This document shows, one piece after another, positions 44,501-56,408 of a stretch of 64,000 bases of DNA. Within the stretch, counting starts at the first letter, position 1; every line of letters starts with the position of its first letter. Made by a program: the position numbers and the translations under genes. The DNA lies in NCBI GenBank assembly GCA_014905635.1, contig JABVCE010000011.1, positions 62,001 to 126,000 on the forward strand, read 5' to 3'. Below the pieces are notes generated by a model. That model made no database searches. It worked only from the letters and a program-made list of their open reading frames with translations, and had not been told where the DNA came from. This DNA is from Scenedesmus sp. PABB004 (taxonomy: Eukaryota).

Positions 44501-47500
44501 GCCGCTGTGAGCAGCGCGTGCGCCTTGTGCACCGCCGCCGCGACGCCGGCCTGCAGCTGGCGGTGCAGCGCCAGGTTGGTGCCGCGGTCGGTGATCACCT
44601 CCACCACGCTGTGCCGGTTGATGCCCCACGCCGTCGCCAGCGCGGGCGCGAGCTCCGCGTGGCTCGACACGCGCTGGTGCGGGATGCCGTGCGCGCGGCA
44701 CATGCCTGCGCAGGCGTCAGCGCGGCGGGGCGGCGGCGCGCGGCGGCCCGTCGGCGCGGCGGCCCTGCGCGCGCGCGCGCGCGCGCCGCGCCGCGCCGCG
44801 CCGCGCCGCCGCCGCGTCTTTGCCCCCCCTCCCCCTCCTCCTCCTCGCCGCGCAGCGGCACGCACCCTCGAGGTCGACGTTCTGCGGCGTGCCCCAGAGC
44901 CGCTCAAACGCGTCGCGCCCGACCGCGGCCGCGACGGGCAGGAAGCTGAAGATGCCGCCGCCGCGGTTGTTCACGAGCACAACCGTCAGCGGCGGCGCCA
45001 TCTCGCCGCCGCGCAGCAGCGACAGCCCCGCCGCGTCGTGCAGGAAGGAGAGGTCCCCCACCACGAGCGTCACGGGGCGGGCCAGCCCCGCTGCAAAGCC
45101 GGCCGCGGTGCTCAGCACGCCGTCGATGCCGCTCGCGCCGCGGTTGGCGCCGACCGGCGCGCCCGCGACCGCCGCGGCGACGCCGCCCGCCCACGCGCCC
45201 GCGCGCGGCGCGGTGGGCGCGGCCGCGGCGGCGGACGCGGCGCCGCCGCCGAGCGCGCCGCCGCCGCCGAGCAGGCCGCCGGGCGGCAGCGAGCCGATGG
45301 AGACGCCGCCGCCGCCGCCGCCGCCGCTGCCCAGCTGCTCGTCGCCCGCGTCGCCGGCGCCGGCCTCGCCGCCGCCGCCCAGCGGCGCGCCGTCGCCGCC
45401 GCAGATCGGCACCGCCGCGACCGCGGGCGCCGCGAGACCATCGCCACCGTCGCGGCGGCGCGGGCCGGCGTAGCTGTCCATGTCGCGGATGGGCATGCTG
45501 TTCCCGAGAAACAGCCCGCTGCCGGGCGGCAGCGCCGCCGACAGCTCGCGGGCGAGCGCCATCTCACTGAGCCGCCCCTGCGCCGCCAGGCCGGCGTCGA
45601 TCGCCGCCGCCGCCGCGCCGTCGAGCGCGGCGAGCAGGCGCGCGTACGCCGACGGTGGCCGCGGGCGCGGCGCGGCCCCGGCGCCCGCTGCCGCCAGCTG
45701 CTGCTCCTGCTGCTGCTGCTGTCCCTCCTGCTGCTGCTCCTGCTGCTGCTGCTGCTGCTCCTGCTGCGCCTCCTGCTGCTGCTGCATGTGCCCCGCCACG
45801 GCCGCCAGCAGCTGCTGGGGCGTCATGCTCAGGTGCGCGGTCAGCAGCGCGGCCGCGTCGTGCCGCGCCGGCCCCGGCGCCACAAAGAGCCAGGGCGTGG
45901 GCGGCCGGGCGTCGCCGCCCAGCGCCGCCCACTCCATAAACTGGTTGGCCCGCTTGGACGTCACCCGCGGGCCGAGCTGCAGCACCACGTCCGGCTGCAG
46001 CGCCGGCCACCACGCGCCGGCGTCGCCGAGCAGCAGCTGGTCCAGGTGGTGCACCACCAGCGGCGCGTCGCCGGCGCCGCTGTCGGTGTCGGGCGCGGCC
46101 GCGCCGACGCGCAGCCCCGACAGCACGTCCGCCGCGGCGGGCCAGCCGAGCAGGGCCGCGAGCTGCGCCGCTGCCGCCGCGCCGCCGGGGCTGGGCTGCT
46201 CCCCGACCACAACCAGCCCCCGCCTCGCGCCCAGCAGCTGCTGCAGCACGCGCCCGAGCTCGGCGCTGGCCGCCGCGGGCGCGCCGGCGCCCTCGCCGCC
46301 GCCGGGCGGCGCCGGCAGCGGCGCCGGCGCGCCGCCCGGCGCGCCGCCGGGCAGCGCGTGCGCGGTTAGCGGCTCCGCCGAGGCCTGCCACGCCTCCAGG
46401 CCGCGCAGGAAGGCGGCCGCGTCCCAGGGCGCCGGCGCGGGGGCGAGGGGCTCGCGGAACTGAAAGTTGAGGTGCACCGGCCCCGGGGCCGGCCCCGACG
46501 CCGCGTGGCGCAGCGCGGCGTCGAGCGCCGCGACGACGACGCGGCCGGGCAGCGCCTCGGACGGCGGGCAGACGTCGGACGCCCAGCGCGTGTAGCCACC
46601 GAAGATCTTGACCTGCACGCGGCGGTTGGCGGCGGCGGCGGCGGCGGCGGCGCGGCGCGCTCACGCTCGTGCACGGTGCGCGCAGGCGCGGCGCAGGCAC
46701 GACACGAGGCAGCGGCGCGGCGCGCGCCTGGTCGATGGTCTGGTTGGCGCCCGTGTCGCGCAGCTCGTAGGGCCGGTCCGCAGTGAGGAGCAGCAGCGGC
46801 ACGCCGCTCTGGCTCGCCTCGACGACCGCGGGCAGCAGGTTGGCCACGGCGGTGCCGCTGCTGCAGATGACCGCCGCGGGCAGGCCGCCCGGGTGCGCGC
46901 GGCCAAAGCCGAGCGCCCAGAAGCCGAGGCTGCGCTCGTCGATGGCCACGGTCAGCTGCGAGCGCGGGTGGCTCGCCGCCGCGAGCGCGAGTGGCGAGGA
47001 GCGCGAGCCTGCGCGCCGGCGGCGGGCGCGCCGGGGCTGAGCGCGCGGCGCGCGCGCGGCGGGGCGCGCGCGCGCGCGCTGCGACGCGCGGGGCCACCGT
47101 CGGCGGCCGGCGGGCTCGCCCCCCGGGCCCACCTGGCGCGACGGCAAAGGTGGTCACGCCCAGCCTGCTCAGCTCCTCCACAACGAGCGCCGCCCACGCC
47201 ATGACGCGGTTCGGCAGCGAGGCCAGCGGCGGCGCCAGCAGCGGAGAGAGCAGGCCCTCAAACTGCCGCACCTGCGCGCGCCGAGGCGGCGCGGTGGGCG
47301 GTGGGCGGTGGGCGGCGCGGGTCGGACGGCGAGCGGCGCGGGCGCACCTTGAGGCACAGCTCCTGCCATTCCGCGGCGACCTGCGAGCCCTGCACCACGC
47401 CCACGCCAGCGTACGCCAGCAGCTGCTGGCCCTGCGGTGGCGGGCGAGGCGCGGGCGGCTGTGCGCGCGGCGGCGGCTGCGTGTGCCACGCGCGCCAGCG

Positions 47501-47541
47501 GCACACAGCACACAGTGACGCACACACACACACGCACACGC

Positions 47542-47573
<32 letters not shown>

Positions 47574-50500
47574 TCGTGCCGCCCGTGCCTCAGTTCCCAT
47601 GGGTTGATCACAGCGGCTCGCGCCGCTACAAATCTACTATCAAAGCTGTGGTGTGGCATCACCGGCAGCTGGGGGCCGGCAATCGCTGGCTGCAGGCCAC
47701 GCACACTCGGCACGCACGCACGCACGTGCCCCCGCCGGCGCGGCGCCGCACCTGCTGCACGGCGGCGTCGCCGCCGGCGTCGTCCAGGGCCGCGGGCGTC
47801 GTGGGGAGCATCGCGGAGCGGATGGCCACCGCAAACTCGGCGCCCTGGCCCGTGACCCAGCCAAAGGGGCCGGCATAATACCCTCGGTCAAACGGCTCCG
47901 CCGCCTCCAGGTAGCTGGCGGGGCGGCGGGCGGGCGGCAGGTGAACGAGCGGCGGGCGGGCGCGCCGTGCGGCGTCGCGCGAGGCGCAGCGCCTGTCCCG
48001 CGCGCGCGCGCGCCGCCGCGCGCCGCGCGCCTCACCCGAGCGCCGCCTCGCGCGGCCGGCCGCACACCGCGGGCGTCGGGTGCAGCGCCGCGAGCAGCGC
48101 CGCGTCGCCGACGCCGCGTTTCAGCACGCCGGCGAGGCGGCCGTAGAGGTGCTGCACGGCGGCCTGCTTGAGCACGCTCTTGGCCACCTCGGTGCGCAGC
48201 GACACCGACAGCGGCGCGAGCTGGCGCCGGATCCAGTCGCGCACGAGGCTGAACTCGGCGTGGTCCTTGGCGCTCTGCAGCAGGTCCAGGCCCTGCAGAG
48301 GCGCGCGGTGGCGGCGGCGGCTCAACGCGCGCCCGTGCGCCAAGGGCCGCTGCCGGCGGCGGCGCGGCACGGCCGCCAGCGCGCGCAGGCCGGCGCCGCG
48401 CCTGGTAAAAGTCTGCCTCCAGGTCGCCAGGCGGGCCGCGCGGCCGCGTGCCCGCCACGGCCTCGCTCGCGACGTGCCGCCCGCTGCGCACGTAGAGGCG
48501 CTCCGGCGTGCACGCGACAAACGTGGCGCCTGCGACGCCCGCGGCGGCGGGGCGGGGGCGCGCCGTCGGCCGGCCGTGGGGCGGCAGCGGGGCCAGCGGC
48601 GGCGCCGCGCGGCGCGGCGCAGGTGGGCGCACCCGGCGGCGTGGACAGCAGCAGCTGGTAGGCCCGCGGGTCGCGCTCCTGCAGGGCCTGCAGCAGCACC
48701 GCGCCGGACACGCGCTGCCAGCCGTCGCCGTCGGCGGCGGCGCCGCCGCGCCCCCACGACAGCGCCGTGCGGCGCGCGAGGACGAGCTTCACCAGCTGCT
48801 GCTGCTGCTCCTGCTGCGGCTGGGCGCTCGCTGCCGCTGCAGCCGCGCCGCCGCCGTTGCTGCCGTGCTGCGTGCCGACCCCCGGGCTGGCGCGCCCAGA
48901 GGGGCTCGCCGCCGCGGCCGCGCCGCTGCCGCCGTTGCCTCCCCTGCTGCTGCTGCCGCCGGCCTCCTCCTCGCTGCTGTCGTCCACGGTCACCAGGCCG
49001 CTCGGCGCGGGGTCCGGCTCGCGGCCCAGCAGCGCGGACAGCAACTCGTCGAGGCCCTGCGGCGCGCGCGCGGCGCGCGGCGCGTCGCGTCGGCGGGCGC
49101 GCGCGCACGCGCGTGCGCGCGCGCGCGCGCGCGTGCGACGGCGCAGCCGCGCGCGGCGGCGCGGGCGGGCACACGCCGCGCGCCGCGCCTGCTGGCCGCC
49201 AGTGATGAACTCATCACGCGCCAGCTCGCGGTCCACGCCCACGCCGGCGGCGGGGCCGGCGGCGCCGGGCGGGCCGCCGCCGGCGCGCAGCACGCGCACC
49301 GCGCCGCTCATGAGCTCGTCCCAGCCTGCCTCGTCGGGCGTGTGCTGCGCGGGCGACGCCGCGGGCGCGAGCGCGGGCGCCGCGCCGGACGCGGGCGGGC
49401 GCATCGTGCCGAGCGCGGCGCGCGCCTGCGCGACCGCGTCCGGCAGGCTTGCCGGCCCGACGCCCGCGGCCGACGCGTTGGCCGCCTGCTGCGCGGCCAG
49501 CCTGCGCGGCGGTGGCGGCGGGGTCACGGCGCGGCGAGCGCGCCGGGCTCGCGCAGCGCCGCGCCCGCGCCCGCCCGGCTGCCGCGGCGGCGCCCCCCGC
49601 TCCCGCGCACCGGCAGTCCCAGGCCACGTTGACGGCCAGCAGCAGGCTGCCGTCGGCCTCGGTCACCTCCACCTGGGGCAGCAGGAAGAGATAGCTGCCA
49701 AACGCCGCCCACTCGGCCGCGGGCGCCTGCGCGGGGTTGAACCTGCGCACGCGCACACAGGCGGAGGCGGCGTCGGTCGGCGGTGGGGCCCGCGCGAGCT
49801 GCCGCGCCCCGGCCGCCGCCCCAGCCCCCGGGTGGCGGCGCACCGCGTGCCGCCGAGCACGCGCAGGCGGGGCTGGGCCTCGGAGAGGAAGCGCTGCAGG
49901 CCCGCCATCACGCCGGCGTCAAAGCCCTGCCCCGCGCCGCCGTGCCAGCGCCACGCCGCGCCGAGGCCCGCGACCGCGGCCCAGCCCTGCGTCGCCGCCT
50001 CCGCCGCGGCGGTGCCGGGCGTGTCGGGCGCGGTGCTGTGGCGGCCGCTGAAGAAAACCTGGTGCAGCCGCCGCCGCAGCGCGTGCTGGCCCTGGAGCCA
50101 CTGCAGCGCGGTGAAGCCGGGCGCGCCCGCCGCGGGGCTGCCGGGCCCGCCGCGCGGCAGTGGCACCTCCCAGCGCACGACGCCGCTGCTCGCCGCGCCC
50201 GGCAGCGCCGCCGCGAGCGCGTCGCCATCGGCCAGAGCCGCGCGCAGCGCCGCCGCGCCCGCCTGCCAGCTCGCCGCCGGCGGCAGCGTGTGCGTCGCCG
50301 CGTAGGTCACGCCCTGCAGCAGCGCCTTGGCGCTGGCGCTGCTGGCGCCGTCCCCGCCCGCCCGCCCGTCAGTGTCAGCCATTCTGCCGCTGCTGCCGCT
50401 GCTGCCGCTGCTGCCGCCGCCACGGAGGGTGGCGTCGTCGTCGTCAAGCACCCGCGCGCCCGTCCGCCGCTCGCCATCGAGCGCGCCGCCGCCGTCCGCC

Positions 50501-50688
50501 AGCGCCGGCTCCGCGGTGCCAGGCGCGGCGGCGCGCGCCGGCAGGCTCGCGGCCGCCGCCGGCGGCGCCCGCCGGTGCGCCGCGCCGCGCAGCCGCTGCT
50601 GCGGGCGCTGCTGCGGGCGCCGCGGCGCGCGCGGAGGCGCCGGCACGCCCAGGCCGGGCGGCGGCGCCAGGGCCGCCCATGGCGCCAT
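41505..50688 (-). CDS. PHYLLO: PHYLLO: fused MenF-MenD-MenC-MenH phylloquinone biosynthesis protein
   Basis: Men[50 protein letters not shown]. Men[63 protein letters not shown]. MenC: KVKVGR, DANRAW, EEP, AVDES, KPS. MenH: LHGFMG, GYSMG, GHAVHVE. Confidence 0.97.
47521..47572. repeat. (CA)n microsatellite
   Basis: CA/CG alternating tract in a PHYLLO intron. Confidence 0.9.
47586..47668 (-). ncRNA. Candidate intronic C/D-box-like structured RNA
   Basis: On the host strand: TGCC-G-GTGATGC ... TTGA ... AGCGGC-GCGA-GCCGCT hairpin, GTGATCA ... CTGA-GGCA. Low-GC island in an oversized intron. Confidence 0.45.
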
Positions 50689-51158
50689 CCCTGAGCGGCG
50701 AGGCGGGCGCAGGTGGGCGTGGGTGGGCGCGGGCCGGCGCAGCAGCAGCAGCAGCCGGCGCCGGCGCCGGCGCGCGGGGCCGGCGCCGGCGCGCGCAATC
50801 CCGGCCCCGCGCCACCCCCGCGCCCGCCATGGTGCTGTCTCGGTGCGCTACGCGTCCATCCCGACGCCCGCGCGCACCGCACGCCGCGCGGTTGCGCGGA
50901 AAAGCGATCAGACTCTCCACGCGCTCATCGGCTGCCCGCCAGCGCTCCTGGCGACGTGCGCCGCGCTGTTCGCAGTGCTGTCTGATGCTGTGCCGTCTGA
51001 TGTGAGCATGCTGCGCCGCGCGGCGCAAGCCGAACCTCCGCCGCGGCGGCGGCGGCGCTGCGCCCGCATGCGCGGCGCGCGCGGCGGCAAGGCGGCACCG
51101 CCCACCCGCACTGCACACATCGGACGGCGCTGCGCAGGCGCCCACGCAGGCAGCAGGC

Positions 51159-52326
51159 ATGGACGGCGGCAGCGGCGCCGCGTCGCCCGCTGGATCGGCC
51201 CCGCCGGGCCCGCCGCCGGTGCAGAAGTGCTGCCTTGGCGTGCTGTACTACACTCAGGCCATGCAGGACGCCGGCAAGCGGCCGGTGAGCGTGGGAGGGG
51301 CGGGCGATGCGCGGGGTGCGATGCCGGGCGCCCGCGCCGATCGGGGCCGTGCCGCGCGCTCGCAGGTGTGCGTGGGCTTCCGGCACACCCCCGAGGAGCG
51401 CGTGGAGCTGGAGCCGGCGCAGCACAAGGCCATCAGCGCCGCGACCGACTACAAAGTGCGGCGCGCTGCTGCTGCAGCGGTTGCCGCCGCCGCGCCGCGC
51501 CGCGCGCCGCCGGCCCCGTGGTGGGCCGCGCCCACGCGGCCCCGACGCGCACGCAGTTCATGTGCCTGGGCCACGCGATGTACGAGCCGTCGACGTCGGG
51601 CCGCGGCGCGGCCAGCGGCAGCGGCGCGGGGAGCGGCGCGCGGCCGGGCCCGCCGCCTGCGGACGGCGCGTGGCGGCCGCTGCCCTACTGCGAGGGCCTG
51701 GAGGTGGGCGGCGCGGCGGCGGCGCGGCGGCGGCGGCGGCGACTGGCGGCAGGCGGCGCCGGCGCGGCCGCGCCGCGCACCGCCGCGCCGCAAACCGACT
51801 GCCGCGGGCGCAGGTCATCCTGGGGTCGAGCATGGAGGCCGAGGCGGCGGCGCAGGCGGCGCGCTCCGGCGCGGCGGCAGCAGCTGGCGGCCGGCCGCCG
51901 GACGAGGTCGGCGCGGTGCTGAGCACAATCTTCGGTGCGCCCCCGCGCCGCCACGACCGCGCAGCGCAGCGCCCGCCGCGCCCTCGCGCGCGCTCACGCG
52001 CCCGCCGCGCCGCGCCGCGCGCCCAGGCGGCGACGAGAGCCCCGTGGTCATCAGCGCGCGCAAGTGCGCGCCGCGCCGCGCCGCGCGCTCGCCGGCGCGG
52101 CGCCGCCGCGCCGCCCACGGCGGCGCCCCGCGCGCGCGCAGCCGCCGCCCGCTGCATGCGCGCCAGCCGCCTCATCCCTCCTCGACCCCCCCCCCCCCCC
52201 CCCCCCCCGCGCCGCAGGTTCAACAAGATCGCCGAGCGCAACTGGGGGCGCATGAAGGCGACCGCGGGCCAGGCGTACGCGGCGACGCTCAAGCCCATCA
52301 TCGACCGCCTCTCCGGCGACCAGTGA
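51159..52326 (+). CDS. Small conserved plant-type protein of unknown function with spaced Cys motifs
   Basis: Spliced KCCLGVLYY...PVCVG...YKFMCLGHAMY...LPYCEGLEVI...FNKIAERNWGRMK; about 6 exons with GT-AG boundaries. Confidence 0.72.
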
Positions 52327-52660
52327 CCGCGCGGGGCGTCTGTACACCAACACAGGCGGGGGCGTTTGTGTTTGTGTTGTGAGCTGTATTTTTAAATCCC
52401 CGTGCGCCGGCGCGCCGCGGTGTTTGCGTGGCGGCGTGGGTTCAACGGATGCGGCGCTGCGCCCCAGCGGCGGCGCGTCAATGACGACCCGGTTACGGCG
52501 AGCCCGTGGCACGCCCCCGCCAGCTTGCCGCTCTCCGGGCTCGCCAGGCAGCGCCAACAGCCGGCCACGCCCCGCAACAGCTCCGCCGTGCCGCCGGTCG
52601 CCCGGCTGCCCACATGGCGCGCTAGGCCCGGCCCCGGATCGCCCATTTCGGGGGCGCGCG

Positions 52661-55600
52661 ATGATCGAGTGGTTGCGCGCGGTGCCGGACGGCGGCGGCG
52701 ACGAGCCGCTGCCGCCGGGCCAGCAGCTGGCCTACTTGCTCGCCTCGGTCGGCCTGGTCTGCATGGCCGGCCTCATGTCGGGGCTCACGCTCGGCCTGAT
52801 GTCCCTGGACGAGCTGGACCTCGAGGCGAGCCCGGCAGCCGCGGCAGCGGCGGCGAGCAGCGAGCAGCGGGCGCCTCACGCCGCGCCGCCGCGGCGGCGC
52901 CGCCGCAGGTGCTGATCCGCAGCGGCACGCCCCAGGAGCAGCGCCACGCGCGGCGCATCCGGCCGGTGCGCGGCGCGGCGCTGGCGGCCAGGCCGCGTGG
53001 CGGCGGCGCGCTGCCCGGCTCCACCCGAGCGCCGCGCCGCGCGCAGGTCATCGCGAACGAGCACTTCCTGCTGGTCACGCTGCTGCTGTTCAACGCGCTG
53101 TCCACGGAGGCGCGCCGCGCCGCGCCCGGCGCCCCGGCGCGCGCGCGGACACCCGCCGCCGCGCCGCCGGCGCCTGCGCTCACCTCCCGCTCCGTGGCTG
53201 CGCACGCGCGCGCAGGCGCTGCCCATCTTCCTGGACCGCCTGGTCGACCCGGTCACCGCGGTGCTGCTGTCGGTGTCAGTTGTGCTCGTCATTGGTGCGC
53301 AGCGCACGCGGGGCAGCAGCGCGCGGCGCGGCGCGGGGGCAGCAGCGCGCGGGGCAGCGCTCAACGCGGCGCCGCCGCGCGCCGCCGCCGGCGCCGCTGA
53401 GCCCGCCCGCCCGCGCCGCCCGCTGGTGTGCGTGCGCGCAGGCGAGATCCTGCCGCAGGCGGTGTGCCGCAGCTACGGGCTGCAGGTCGGCAGCTACAGC
53501 GCGCTGCTCGTGCGCGGCCTCATGGCGCTCAGCTCGCCGGTGAGCTGGCCTGTCGGCAAGCTGCTCGACTGGCTGCTCGGCGAGGAGCACACGGTGCGCG
53601 CCGCTGTGCCGCGCCGCCGCCGCCGCGGCGCGCCGCCGCGGCGGCGCCGCGCAGGCCGCGGCGTGCGCGGCGGCCCCCGCCCACCCGCCCGCCCGCCCGC
53701 GCCCCTCCTCATCGCCCACCTGCCGCAGGGCTTCTTCCGGCGCGGCCAGCTCAAGGCGCTCGTCGGGCTGCACTCGAGCGCAGAGGGCCTCGGCGGCAAC
53801 CTGACCGCCGACGAGATCAGCATCATCACCGGCGCCCTCGACCTCACCTCCAAAACCGCCTGGGCGGCGATGACGCCGCTCGACAAGGTGAGGGCGGCGG
53901 CGCGGCGCGGCACCCAGCGCGGCGGCACGGCGCGGCGCGGCGGGCCGTGCTGCGTGGCGCGCGGCGCGCGGCGCGCGGCGCGCGGCGCGCGGGTCGGGAG
54001 CGCAGCCCGCGAGCGCCGCCGCCGCCACCGCCGCCGCCGCCGGCGCTGTGCAGGTGTTCATGCTGCCCACGGACCGCCGCCTCGACGAAGCGGCGCTGGA
54101 GGAGATCCTGGCGAGCGGGCACAGCCGCGTGCCGCTGCACGAGCCGGGCGACAGGCGCGCGGCCCGCGCCCGCGCCCGGCGCGCGCCGCGCCCCGCGCCC
54201 CGCGCCCCGCGCCCCGCGCCCCGCGCCGACGCCGCCCCGCTCGCGCGCAGGACGTCGCTGGTGGGCCTGATCCTGGTGAAGGAGCTGGTGCTGGTCGACC
54301 CCGGCGCGGGCCTGACCGCGGGGCAGCTCCTCAGCCGCCCGCTGCCGCGCCTGCCCGCCGACACGCCGCTGTACCAGCTGCTGCGGCTGTTCGAGGCGGG
54401 CGGCAGCCACATCGTCGCGCTCACCAAGCCGCGCCGCGCCGGCGGCGACGCGCCGAGCTGCGACGCGCCCGGCGGCGGCGGCGGCAGCGGCGGTGCGCTG
54501 GTGCCGCCGCCACGCGGCGGCAGCGCGAGCCCCGGCGGCCTGCCGCAGCGCAAGTCGGGCATGATCGTGGCTGGGGAGAGCGTGATTTACGTGGAGGCCG
54601 AGCCCGGGCCGCAGGGCCCGGCGCCGTGCGGGCCCGCGCCCGCGCAGGACCCGGGGCTGGTCGGCTCGGAGCCCTGCCCCGCGGCGTGGGGCGGCGGGCG
54701 CGCGGGCGACCCGGTGGGCATCATCACGATAGAAGACGTCATCGAGGAGGTGCGCGGGGCTCAGGGCAGAAAGCCCTGGGCCTAAGCCCTGGGCCCTAGG
54801 CCCCGCGGCGCCGCGGCGTCGGGGTGCACGGGCGAGCGCCGGGCGCACGCGCGCTGCGACCGCGCGCCGCCCGACGCGCCGCCTGACACGCCGCCGCTGC
54901 CGCCGCCGCCACGCCGCAGCTGCTGCAGCAGGAGGTGGGGCGCGCCGGCCGGCGGCCGCGGCGGCCCCGCCGCGCGCCGCCGCGCGGCCCAACGCGCCCG
55001 GCCGCGCCCTGACCGCGCGCCGCTGCCGCCGCCGCTGCCGGCGCTCTGCCCCCCGGCCGTGACCAGATCATTGATGAGACTGATCAGTACGTGGACAACA
55101 TGCAGGCGAGGCGGCGGCGCCGCCACACACAGCCAGCCGCGCGGCGGCGCGCCACAACTGAACCAGCCGCGCGGCGGCGCGGCAGCGCCCGGCAGCCGTG
55201 CGGCCGTGCGGCGGGGGCGCGCGCTCACGCCCGGCCGCCGCCTGCACGCTGCCGCAGGTCACGCGCGTGGAGGGCTACCAGCTCACCAGCAACCTCCCGC
55301 CTCGCCTGCGCAAGGTGCGGCCCGCGCCGGGGTGCTGCGGGCGCGCCGCGCCGCCGCGCGCGCGCCGCGCCGCCGCCGCCGCCGCCGCCCGCCCGCCACG
55401 GCGCCGCTCCGGCCCACCACCCGCGCTGGCTGCGCGCCCGGCCCGGCTGCAGGCGTACGCGCAGCAGTTTACGCCGCGCGTGGGCCGGCTGGTCGCGCAC
55501 CACCACCACCCCGGCGGCGGCAGCTGGCCGCACTCCAGCGAGCACCGGCACTGGATGCAGTCCCACGGCTTCAAGGTGCGCGCGCCCGGCGCGGCGCGGC

Positions 55601-56239
55601 CACCACGCGCGCGCCGCCGCGCCGGGGCGGCCCTCGCTGACGCGCCGCGCCCGCGCGGGCCCGCCCGCGTGCGCACCGCCGCAGCTGTTTGAGGCGCGGC
55701 GCACATACAGCAACCCCTCCACCCCGCTGGCCGGCAGCCCGCCGGGCGGGTCCCGCGCGCAGCCGGGCGGCGGCGGGGGCGCAGACCCGGGCGAGCGCTG
55801 CGCGAGCGCCGCGAGCAGCAGCGTCGCGGCGTGGCACGGCGGCTGCTTCTCGCCCGACTGCACGGCGGCGGGACAGGCGCAGGAGGGCGGCGGCGGCGCG
55901 TCGCCGCGGGGCCAGCGGCGCCAGGCGCAGCCGCAGGCGCAGGCGCAGGCGGCGCTGGCGCGGAACCGCAGCACCAGCGCTGAGTCTGGCTACCTAACAT
56001 TCACTCTCACCGCGGTCAACCTCAACCCCCAGGGCCCGCAGGGCGTCACCGTGGTGCGCCGCGCGAGCGACCAGGGCGAGGGCACGCACCGCCGGCACGC
56101 ATACTTTGCGGCGGTGCGCGAGGGCGCGGCGGAGGGCGAGGCCGCCGGCGGGCAGGCCGTGGGCGGCGGCGCCGCCGTGCCCGACGGCGGCGGCCTCTCC
56201 CAGCCGCTGCTGGCGCCTGGTGCGGGGGGCCAGGACTAG
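52661..56239 (+). CDS. CNNM (DUF21) + CBS domain membrane protein
   Basis: AGLMSGLTLGLMSLD, HFLLVTLLLFN, EALPIFLD, GEILPQAVC, IITGALDL, MTPLDKVFML, GHSRVP, GIITIEDVIEELLQQEIIDETD. Confidence 0.95.
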
Positions 56240-56408
56240 GGCGTGGCAGTGGGGTGGGGCAGGCGACGCGGGGCAGGCGGAACGGGGCTTTCCATGATTT
56301 CCGGTGCTCATTTCACGCGGCGGTGCGCTGTCACGATGCTTTGAGCTTTTTCGGCATTCGGCGCCGTTGGCTTTTGATCAAGCACGGCCCTGGGTGCGCG
56401 GGCGTGTG

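Noticed and set aside
47589..47689. Constitutive coding exon or TPP riboswitch in PHYLLO
   Set aside because: 101 nt would break the frame, the flanking exons join in frame without it, and TPP aptamer motifs are absent.
41505..50688. Bacterial men operon or contamination
   Set aside because: It is a single fused reading frame with many spliceosomal introns and a transit-peptide-like N-terminus.
54770..54802. Interstitial telomere-like repeats (GCCCTGG/CCTAAG)
   Set aside because: Too short and degenerate to separate from chance.
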